Below are positions 9,926-17,527 of a DNA stretch of 20,629 nucleotides, in pieces; the stretch's first letter is position 1; each line of letters begins with the position of its first letter. The stretch covers positions 1 through 20,629 of the forward strand of contig CAZUFC010000135.1 in NCBI GenBank assembly GCA_964619725.1, in the 5' to 3' direction. The stretch is from an uncultured bacterium (GTDB lineage: Bacteria > CSSED10-310 > CAZUFC01). The notes beneath the pieces were generated by a model that was not told the origin of the DNA, did not search any database, and saw only the letters and a list, made by a program, of their open reading frames with translations. The translations under genes and the position numbers were made by a program.

Positions 9926-11563
9926 ATGAAATACTTTAACTTAATATTTATATCCGTGTGCATGCTTGGTCTCAGCGCAGGAAACGCCGGTGGACAGGAA
10001 ATCGACAGGGAAGGCGGTGTTATGACTTACGGCGAATACCGCATGCCGGTGACACTCGATCCCGTTACCAGCAATGATTCAGCATCCGCACGTATCGTGG
10101 AATTGATCTTTGAAGGACTGGTGGGATTCGACGACAAAGGCGACGTTATTCCCTTATTAGCGGATTGGGATATATCTGAAAACAGGATGATATATACTTT
10201 CAGACTGAAAGAAGGCGTGATGTGGCATGACGGAAAATCGCTGACGGCAGAAGACGTAAAATTTACCTATGAACTCATTATGCACCCTAATACTGACACC
10301 TATCTGAAACAGGCGCTTCAGTTCATTATCGGAGCACGCGTCATAGATGAAAGAACTATAAGATTCACTTTGAAACGGCCCGTATACAACGCACTGGGAC
10401 GCTTTTCCTTTAAAATCCTGCCGGCTCACAAGATCATTCGGCGTTACCTGGACCGCACCGATGAATTCGTATGGAACCCCGTCGGAACAGGCCCATACAA
10501 GTTCGAAAGGGTCTCCATGGAAGGCTGGGTGGAACTCACGGCAAACGAAAATTACCATGAATCGAAACCTTTCATTGAACGCATCATTATGCGGCATTTC
10601 CTGGACAGAGACCTTATGACCGAATCGCTCCTGACGAACGCCATCGACGTCATTCCATCACTGCAACCCAAAGACGTAGGCCGGGTTAAACAGGCCGGCG
10701 CTTTTTTTCTCAAGGATTATAATTCTCTCTCTTATTCCTTTTTCGCCTACAACTTCAAAAATTTTCATCTGAAAAACAAGATGGTTCGTCAAGCCCTAAC
10801 CATGGCCTGCAACCGCCAGAAAATGCTTCTGACGTTCTTCCAGGGCAAAGGCAAAGTGATTTCAGGTCCCTTCCCGCCAGGTTCCTATTCCTATAATCCC
10901 GGCGTTCTGCCTCTGCCCTACGACCCCACCGCTGCCAGGAAACTCTTGAGAAAAGCGGGGTACGTCGATACAGACCGCGACGGCATTGTAGAAATAAACG
11001 GTAAACCCCTGAAACTGGCTTTAAAAGCCAATATATCGGATAAAATCATGAAAAATGTCTGCGTCGCATACCAGGACTACCTCAAGGATATTGGAGCAGA
11101 AGTGACCCTGGAATTCCTGGAACGCTACGCCTGGGAACGCGCCGTCTATGAAAACCATGATTTCGATATTGCACTCGCCTCCTGGGTCTTTGACGATGCT
11201 GCCGATATAACCACATTATTTCATTCCGGCAATTATGAAAATAATTTCATTAATTATTCCAATCCCAAAGTAGATCAATTGCTCGCAGAATTCAACGCCC
11301 CTCCCGAAGTCGATGACGACGATCCAAAACTCCAGGCCGAACAGGACGCGGAACGGAGAAGGTCCATTAACCGAAGGCTGCATACCATACTGAATGATGA
11401 GCAACCCTATACCTTCTTATGGACGCTTACCAGTTATGCCGCATTCCACAATAGAGTCAGAGGCGTAGAAATCGATCCTTACACCTTCTTTCTGAATCCC
11501 GATCAGTGGTATATAGACCCTCAACAGAGAAAAGAAAAGACTGAAGAATCGGGCGAGTTTTAA
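9926..11563 (+). CDS. Family-5 (OppA/AppA/DppA-like) extracellular solute-binding protein
   Basis: Signal peptide; TLDP…LIFEGLV, YTFRLKEGVMWHDGKSLTAEDVKFT, PVGTGPYKF, VRQALTMA, YDP..ARKLL..AG, NFINYSNPKVD. Confidence 0.92.
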   Translation: MKYFNLIFISVCMLGLSAGNAGGQEIDREGGVMTYGEYRMPVTLDPVTSNDSASARIVELIFEGLVGFDDKGDVIPLLADWDISENRMIYTFRLKEGVMWHDGKSLTAEDVKFTYELIMHPNTDTYLKQALQFIIGARVIDERTIRFTLKRPVYNALGRFSFKILPAHKIIRRYLDRTDEFVWNPVGTGPYKFERVSMEGWVELTANENYHESKPFIERIIMRHFLDRDLMTESLLTNAIDVIPSLQPKDVGRVKQAGAFFLKDYNSLSYSFFAYNFKNFHLKNKMVRQALTMACNRQKMLLTFFQGKGKVISGPFPPGSYSYNPGVLPLPYDPTAARKLLRKAGYVDTDRDGIVEINGKPLKLALKANISDKIMKNVCVAYQDYLKDIGAEVTLEFLERYAWERAVYENHDFDIALASWVFDDAADITTLFHSGNYENNFINYSNPKVDQLLAEFNAPPEVDDDDPKLQAEQDAERRRSINRRLHTILNDEQPYTFLWTLTSYAAFHNRVRGVEIDPYTFFLNPDQWYIDPQQRKEKTEESGEF

Positions 11564-11677
11564 TATCCATCCCTGACGCCGCCTTTTCACATCATTCCAT
11601 CCTCCCGGCCGGCCATACTGTCTGCAAATCTATACCCGCCTTTCAAACTCAGACTCTCTCTGTCGCCCCTCCCGGCA

Positions 11678-11850
11678 CGGATGACTCATGCAAAATCGTA
11701 AAGAGAGCGTTCAGATTCCCGATGATTCGAGCCTGGCGGACCGGAGGACTACGGAAGCACAGCAGCGCTATGTTGAGCAAGTTCGCAGGGAGCAGCGCTT
11801 GAAGGCGCCGGGATATTGACGTTCGCAACAGGTGTTGTATGAGAAATCCG
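11678..11850. repeat. Long imperfect palindrome (degenerate MITE/REP-like element or structured RNA)
   Basis: Ends CGGATGACTCATGCAA / TTGTATGAGAAATCCG are inverted (13/16); nested pairings ATTCCCG/CGGGATAT and TTCGAGC/GCTTGAA. Confidence 0.5.
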
Positions 11851-11968
11851 GGTAAGCCCTGGTGTTCTTCTCCCAAAAATCCCATCATGCATATGCAGGG
11901 ATGATGGCCGGTCATAAACTCGCATACCGGAGGCAGCCTTTCCTCTCCATAAGATCGAAACCGGTGTA

Positions 11969-11996
11969 TTGACCGTAACAGGAATTCGTGTATCAT
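11969..11996 (+). promoter_or_regulatory. Sigma70-type promoter for nfo
   Basis: TTGACC-16 bp-TATCAT, ~40 bp upstream of the nfo ATG. Confidence 0.4.
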
Positions 11997-12034
11997 TGGA
12001 TACGCGTTGACGAATTTACACGGGAGAAGCAAAT

Positions 12035-12874
12035 ATGAAAAGAATAGGCGCACATGTCAGTGCTGCCGGCGGCGTTCATCTGGCCCCTATGAATGCTCAT
12101 GCAATAAAAGCCAGGGCTTTCGCACTTTTTACCCGCAATCAGAGGCAATGGGCGTCGCGATCATTGACCGGTGAAGATATTCGACTTTTCAACGAGAACA
12201 TCGGCCGTTACGGTTACAAGACCGAACATATTCTACCGCATGACAGCTACCTGATTAATCTGGGAACACCGGACCCGGTGAAGCGTAAAAAGTCGCTGCA
12301 GTCTTTCCGGGATGAAATGAACCGGTGCCGCCTGTTGGGATTGAAATATCTCAATTTTCACCCCGGCTCTCATCTTAATCTCATTTCCCTGGAAAAATGC
12401 CTGGACCTGATCGCCGAAGCGCTCAATTCAGCCATCAGCCAAATTCCGGACGTTATGCCCCTGATAGAGAATACCGCAGGCCAGGGAACCAATGTAGGTT
12501 CATCCTTTGAAGAAATAAATGGAATAATACAACGTATTAAAGATCAATCGCGGATCGGAGTCTGTGTCGATACATGTCACGCCTTTGCCGCAGGATATGA
12601 TCTGGCTTCCGCAAAAGGTTATCGTCAGACCTGGAAACGTTTCGATACCGTTGTCGGCTCTCACTATCTTAAAGCCCTGCACCTGAATGACGCAAAAAAG
12701 CCGCTCAACAGCAGGGTCGACCGGCATGCCTGCATAGGAGAGGGCGAAATTGGAATTGAAAGTTTCAGGAGAATTATGCGCGACGACAGGTTCGACGAAA
12801 TGCCCCTCATCCTGGAAACCCCCGAACCGGATCGATGGCCTCATGAAATAAAACTGCTTTATTCTATGGCTTAG
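12035..12874 (+). CDS. nfo: Endonuclease IV (AP endonuclease, deoxyribonuclease IV)
   Basis: IGAHVSAAGG, PHDSYLINLG, NFHPGSH, IENTAGQG, VCVDTCHAFAAGYD, HLND…SRVDRH, LILETP: the Zn-ligand motifs are present. Confidence 0.97.
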   Translation: MKRIGAHVSAAGGVHLAPMNAHAIKARAFALFTRNQRQWASRSLTGEDIRLFNENIGRYGYKTEHILPHDSYLINLGTPDPVKRKKSLQSFRDEMNRCRLLGLKYLNFHPGSHLNLISLEKCLDLIAEALNSAISQIPDVMPLIENTAGQGTNVGSSFEEINGIIQRIKDQSRIGVCVDTCHAFAAGYDLASAKGYRQTWKRFDTVVGSHYLKALHLNDAKKPLNSRVDRHACIGEGEIGIESFRRIMRDDRFDEMPLILETPEPDRWPHEIKLLYSMA

Positions 12875-13103
12875 CCTGCAGCCGGCGAAATTGAAAAAAA
12901 TCGGCATACTCTAAAAAGCGGATGCTTCTGAATCATCAGGAGACTTAAATAAAAGAAATTTCCGGTTTTTCGATGGGTGAAACAGTTATAAGGCGGAACG
13001 ACGAGCATGATAATTGCCGGCGTTTGACTTCCGGGAAACTGATTAATATTTTTACTCTTGACTGTCGAAAAAAAGAAAAAGTTAATCCTTCATAGAAGAA
13101 TCC

Positions 13104-13409
13104 ATGGCGAAAAAGATCATAAAAAAAACCTGGAATGAATTCTGGGGAAACCTTATGTTGGTGAAGTTTCATCAGGACAGTCCAGATCGATGGACCCAAA
13201 GAAAGCGTTGGGCGGCTTTAATTCAGAATGTTTATGCAGCAGATCCTATGATATGCCCAAATTGCGGCCGGGAAATGAGGATCATCGCATTCATCAATCA
13301 ATGGAAAGTCATTTTACGCATTATGAAGCATCTTGATCTTTGGCCGCCCACGGCAAGAGACCCGCCTGAAAACGATTCTGAAAAAAAAGAGCAAATTTGT
13401 TATAGTTAG
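13104..13409 (+). pseudogene. Chimeric ORF: ~32 unrelated codons fused in frame to the C-terminal fragment of an IS91-family transposase; terminated by a MITE insertion
   Basis: RKRWAALIQNVYAADPMICPNCGREMRIIAFI…HLDLWPPTARDPP is the typical IS91/ISCR transposase tail. The stop TAG is created at the MITE junction. Confidence 0.75.
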
Positions 13410-13608
13410 TGCCTGTCCATAAACTCGATCGTCGATTCAAAATTTAATGCTGGACAGTCACTGCGGTTTTTGATCCATAAACGAGCGAATTTTTCTTAAG
13501 ACAAGGATGGTAAGGATTTGCGAGGCAGGGGCGGCGGTAATACTTTGACTGAGCAAATACGAAGACAGACGCAGAATTGGGAAAAATTCGCCGTTTATGG
13601 ACAAAAAC
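13409..13608. mobile_element. 200-bp MITE-like insertion with 6-bp target-site duplication TAGTTA
   Basis: TAGTTA at 13403-13408 and 13609-13614; ends GTGCCTGTCCATAAAC / GTTTATGGACAAAAAC are inverted. The empty site (single TAGTTA) is visible in copy 2 at 16974-16979. Confidence 0.88.
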
Positions 13609-13750
13609 TAGTTATGATTTCGGCGGTTGCAACTTTTAAACATTTTGATTTTAAAAACGAATCTATCCACAATGGCGGATTGTGCTCGAAAATGGATAGA
13701 AGCGTTGTTTTTCCGTTAATTTTTTCACTTTGACTCATTTTTCTTGTTAT

Positions 13751-13802
13751 CTTTCTCACCATCGACAAGTGAAGAATTCTTCACTTGTCGATGGTGAGAA
13801 AG
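13751..13802. repeat. Perfect 52-bp palindrome within IS remnant copy 1
   Basis: CTTTCTCACCATCGACAAGTGAAGAA|TTCTTCACTTGTCGATGGTGAGAAAG, 26/26 self-complementary. Confidence 0.95.
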
Positions 13803-13939
13803 GGAATTTAACACCCTTTCAACCCTCTTGACATCATTTAAAAAGGCAGAGGAGGTTAGGCATGAAATTGAAATTCCTATCACCTCACCCACCATCACCT
13901 CACCCAAAACGACAAACCCGTTAATAGTGAAACAGCTTT

Positions 13940-13968
13940 TTGACATTTCAACTTTTTTTCTGTAAAAT
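13940..13968 (+). promoter_or_regulatory. Sigma70-type promoter upstream of the tail-fibre-like gene
   Basis: TTGACA-17 bp-TAAAAT. Confidence 0.55.
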
Positions 13969-14164
13969 TTAATTTTGAGAGATTCTATTTAAACGGCGAC
14001 GAAGATTGTAATGGTATTATCGGAACCCATTGAGCGGAATAAAAGGAAGAAAGAGGGGAGAGGGAATTTGTATAAGTTGACCCACATTCCGATTTTCCAT
14101 CACTGTCGTTGCAGAACGACAAATCCGTTGTCAGTGACAATCTAAAAGGAGGAAAATTCATAAA

Positions 14165-15844
14165 ATGAAGCGGATAGCTATGAAACTTATTGTTGCAATA
14201 GGCGTCTTTGGTTGTTTAACAGCAGACGCCTTCGCTTTTCATCAAATCAATTATCAGGGTTGTATCGAAGATAATGAAGGAAATCCGCTGGATGGAACAT
14301 ACGATTTCGAATTCAGTATCTATGACAGTCCAACAGGGGGACTGCCTGTCTGGACGGAAACTCAAAGCATGGTATCTGTGATCCAGGGACTTTTTCATGT
14401 AAAACTGGGGACGGTCGTTCCTTTAGGACTGGATTTCGACGGGACCTATTGGTTGGAAACAGCAGTTAACGAAGAGACGCTTCTGCCCAGGGAATTATTC
14501 ACAAGTGTTCCGTATGCTATTCGAGCTGAAAATGCCGAGGATGTAAGCGGACAGGATATTAATCCTGGCAGCGTAAGCATCGTGAGTTATGGCGAAGTGA
14601 TCGACTCTTCCGGATCATGGGTGGGGGAGCCCACGGGATTAATAGGTCCGACAGGTCCGACAGGCGATCCTGGGCCGACAGGCGACACCGGTCCCATCGG
14701 GCCGCCAGGACCGGTCGCAGGGTCTAATATGCAGTTTATTTACAATGACGACGGCAGTGCTGCAGGCGCCGAGGTCTACTATTACGATACCCCTAATAAC
14801 GTTGGCATAGGCACGGTCTATCCGGCCAAGTTGCTGGAACTCGCTGCAGATGAAAGTGTAAACACTCCGACATTACGAGTTACAAACACAAAGGATGATT
14901 ACGGCGCTGGGGCTTTATTAGAAAATCCACATGGTGCGATTGAATTTTACATGAAAGAGGGGTCCGGCTCTTATCCGGCAGTCGGAGCGGCAATTATGGC
15001 TATAAATGAGAGCGCATCGGGAAACAGTCATGGATTAGGATTCTTTACAAATGCCGATCTTTATTTTCCCACCGAAAAGGTTCGTATTGATAAAGACGGC
15101 AATGTCGGGATAGGCACAACAAGTCCTAATGCGCAATTGCATTTAACCGGCGATTTTTTTCTTGGCGGGGGAAGTTTGATTTTTGCAGGAACTAGCGGGG
15201 CTTATACATCAGAAGACCGGTGGATCAGCGGAGCGAATCCGTATATTCAAATCAAGCCCAACGGCAACAGCTATGGAATGCTTCTATATGCTGCTACTTC
15301 AAATAACTGCTGGTCCAATATCGAGACGTTATCCGGTTATTTGACGCTTGGCTATCGAACCAACGACGGTCCTTTGTATATAACAGAAAATAATGTCGGC
15401 ATAGGAACTTCGAATCCGGCGAGTAAGTTGCACGTAATCGGCGACTTTACGGCAACAGGAACAAAAAACTTCGCTATAGACCATCCGTCCGATCCCCAGG
15501 GAAAAATCCTTGTTCATGCCGCTGTGGAAGGACCCGAAGCTGCCGTTTTTTACCGCGGGGAGTCCCGGTTGGTTGACGGAAAAGCGATTATAAAGCTTCC
15601 CGAATATTTTGAGGCGCTGACTCGAAAACAAAAACGGACAGTTCAGGTCACGCCCCTCTTCGAGAAGGATGAGCCCGTCAGCATGCCTGCTGCTTCAAGA
15701 GTGGTTGATGGACAATTCACGGTTATTGCCGTCGATTCGGCAAACCCCGGGCAGGCTTTTTACTGGGAAGTAAAGGCCGTTCGCGCCGACGTGGCGCCGC
15801 TTCGAGTAGAACGCTCCAAAATACTTCTCAATGCCGGTCAATGA
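14165..15844 (+). CDS. Secreted collagen-containing tail-fibre/adhesin-like protein with probable C-terminal intramolecular-chaperone-like domain
   Basis: AGGAGG RBS; signal …ADAFA; INYQG…LLPRELFTSVPYAIRA N-domain; nine G-X-Y triplets (14636-14716); three NVGIGT repeats; KNFAIDHPSDP…HAAVEGPE…YRG tail. Confidence 0.8.
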   Translation: MKRIAMKLIVAIGVFGCLTADAFAFHQINYQGCIEDNEGNPLDGTYDFEFSIYDSPTGGLPVWTETQSMVSVIQGLFHVKLGTVVPLGLDFDGTYWLETAVNEETLLPRELFTSVPYAIRAENAEDVSGQDINPGSVSIVSYGEVIDSSGSWVGEPTGLIGPTGPTGDPGPTGDTGPIGPPGPVAGSNMQFIYNDDGSAAGAEVYYYDTPNNVGIGTVYPAKLLELAADESVNTPTLRVTNTKDDYGAGALLENPHGAIEFYMKEGSGSYPAVGAAIMAINESASGNSHGLGFFTNADLYFPTEKVRIDKDGNVGIGTTSPNAQLHLTGDFFLGGGSLIFAGTSGAYTSEDRWISGANPYIQIKPNGNSYGMLLYAATSNNCWSNIETLSGYLTLGYRTNDGPLYITENNVGIGTSNPASKLHVIGDFTATGTKNFAIDHPSDPQGKILVHAAVEGPEAAVFYRGESRLVDGKAIIKLPEYFEALTRKQKRTVQVTPLFEKDEPVSMPAASRVVDGQFTVIAVDSANPGQAFYWEVKAVRADVAPLRVERSKILLNAGQ

Positions 15845-16050
15845 TCCATACCCTTTGGACCTTTGGAACTCAGCTCGCTACGTTCGCAATCGTATCAGTT
15901 AGGATATTCCGTCATGGTTCCGATGTGGATCAACGCAATCTTTGCCGAGACGGATCCTGCGAATGAGAACAAATCTTTGTAATACTGCATGATGCCCTTT
16001 TGTAAGTAGCGGCTGAGCAGGATGAGTGAAACAGCTTCGTCAGGGGCATA

Positions 16051-16995
16051 TAATCCTCCGCAACGCCTTTTGCAGAAATCGTAAATTGCTTGGAAAACTC
16101 TCCTCATGCAGAGCTGAAACGATTACTGAAATAATACGGGCGACATTCGAAGACGAGGACATTACGCCGGAAATAATCGTTTCAGTTCAGTCGTTCGGCG
16201 ATTTTCTAAGATGGAATCCTCACCTGCATGTTTTCAGCACGACCGGCGGATTCGACGAACAGGGGACATTTCACGACATGTAGGATTTTCCTGTCGAATA
16301 CATGGCTGAATTGTTCAGGAAAAAAGTCTTCGAGATGATGATCAGTGAACATTTCCTGAATAAGAGGACAGCCGAAAAAATGAGAAACTGGAGACATTCC
16401 GGCTTCTCAGTCCATCAGTCCTTTCCCACGGCCTCAAACGATAAGCAAGGCAAGGAAAAACTCGCCCAATATATCGCGAGAGCTCCGTTGTCCAATGAGA
16501 AAATAAAATATGATCCGCAAAAAGAGATTGTTCTTTATAAATCGAAAATGGATAAAAATTCAAAAAGAAATTTTTAAATATTCGATCCCGTGCAGTTCAT
16601 TTTTCTTCTTCAAAAACATATACCGGACAAAGGCGCGGTCATGATCAGATACTGCGGCTGGTATGCGAACGCCTTAAGGGGGGGGAAAAAGAAAGAGAGA
16701 TAAAGGCGCCGCCGCCTGCCGTGAAGGAGTAAGAACAGAGGAAGACGCTCCGGAAATAAGAAAGCACCGGAAGCGTTGGACGGCTTTAATTCAGAAGGTT
16801 TATGCAGCAGATCCTATGATATGCCCAAATTGCGGCCAGGAAATGAGGATCATCGCATTCATCGATCAATGGGAAGTCATTTTACGCATTATGAAGCATC
16901 CTGATCTTTGGCCGCCCACGGCAAGAGACCCGCCTGAAAACGATTCTGAAAAAAAAGAGCAGGAAATTTGTTATAGTTATGATTTCGGCGCTTGA
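16051..16995 (+). pseudogene. IS91-family (HUH, Y2-type) rolling-circle transposase pseudogene, 5'-truncated
   Basis: QSFGDFLRWNPHLH (HUH), WRHSGFSVH, LAQYIARAP, HIPDKG..MIRYCGWYAN, W.ALIQKVY..DP.ICP.CG. In-frame stops at 16281-16283 and 16575-16577, a frameshift near the G8 run (~16678-16700), and no N-terminal Zn-binding domain visible. Confidence 0.9.
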
Positions 16996-17278
16996 AACTT
17001 TTAAACATTTTGATTTTAAAAACGAATCGATCCACAATGGCGGATTGTGCTCGAAAATGGATAGAAGCGCTGTTTTTCCGTTAATTTTTTCACTTTGACT
17101 CATTTTTCTTTTTTTGTTATCTTTCTCCCCATCGACAAGTGAAAAATTCTTCACTTGTCGATGGGGAGAAAGGGAATTTAACACCCTTTCAACCCTCTTG
17201 ACATCATTTAAAAAGGCAGAGGAGGTTAGGCATGAAATTGAAATTCCTATCACCTCACCTCACCATCACCTCACCCAA
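16771..17278 (+). mobile_element. IS91/ISCR-like element 3' end, copy 2 (shared with 13203-13907)
   Basis: Direct repeat of copy 1 without the MITE; oriIS-like TTGAAATTCCTATC at 17238-17251. Confidence 0.8.
17121..17172. repeat. 52-bp palindrome within IS remnant copy 2 (one central mismatch)
   Basis: CTTTCTCCCCATCGACAAGTGAAAAATTCTTCACTTGTCGATGGGGAGAAAG. Confidence 0.93.
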
Positions 17279-17434
17279 CTGAATCAGTTGCCACCACCGG
17301 TCCTGAAAAACGAATCGGAAGCCTGCCCAGAGATAAAGACAAACGCAGTAAAAAACGACGGTGATGGTCATCAGGCAATTCATTTTTCTTCCAGGTTTCT
17401 TTTTCTTTTTTTTCAAAATTCAGAACCTCGACAT
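17273..17434 (-). pseudogene. N-terminal fragment of a membrane-anchored protein cut off at the IS end
   Basis: GGAG RBS + ATG 17434; reads MSRF*ILKKKKKKPGRKMNCLMTITVVFYCVCLYLWAGFRFVFQDRWWQLIQLG (basic patch + TM helix), then runs into the IS repeat. Confidence 0.4.
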
Positions 17435-17527
17435 TTTTACTCCGAAATCGCACGCATTATTTTCATCATTGCCTGAAGTTTCAGCCGACACACGCCGGCA
17501 ATGATTTTTTATAATTTTTATCCCTGT

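Larger units (their letters stand above)
13203..13907 (+). mobile_element. IS91/ISCR-like element 3' remnant, copy 1 (transposase tail to oriIS-like end)
   Basis: Near-identical direct repeat of 16771-17278 once the MITE is removed; oriIS-like TTGAAATTCCTATC at 13868-13881. Confidence 0.8.

Noticed and set aside
806-12907. Antisense and alternate-frame ORFs over the operon and nfo (e.g. 6020-6751, 9180-9926, 6591-7190, 11649-12053, 12500-12907)
   Set aside because: Shadows of well-supported + strand genes or of the palindrome, with no recognisable motifs.
13881-13907. CACC repeats as a CRISPR or iteron array
   Set aside because: Units are 4-12 bp with no spacers and no cas or rep genes.
13852-13924. 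Outward GGAGG + ATG at the oriIS end (MKLKFLSPH…)
   Set aside because: Yields only 16-20-codon peptides that differ in frame between copies; no fusion to downstream genes.
13518-13946. ORFs 13518-13733 and 13725-13946, and counterparts 16882-17253 and 17114-17476
   Set aside because: They run through non-coding IS-end, MITE and palindrome sequence, and frames are not preserved between the two copies.
14165-15844. Prophage call based on the tail-fibre-like gene
   Set aside because: Has a Sec signal peptide and no other phage genes nearby.
15845-15905. Possible integron attC after the cargo gene (ATCCATAC…GCTCGCTACGTTCGC…GTTAGGAT)
   Set aside because: The inverse core lacks AAC, the L boxes do not pair and no integrase is in the window; at most a highly decayed site (IntegronFinder would decide).
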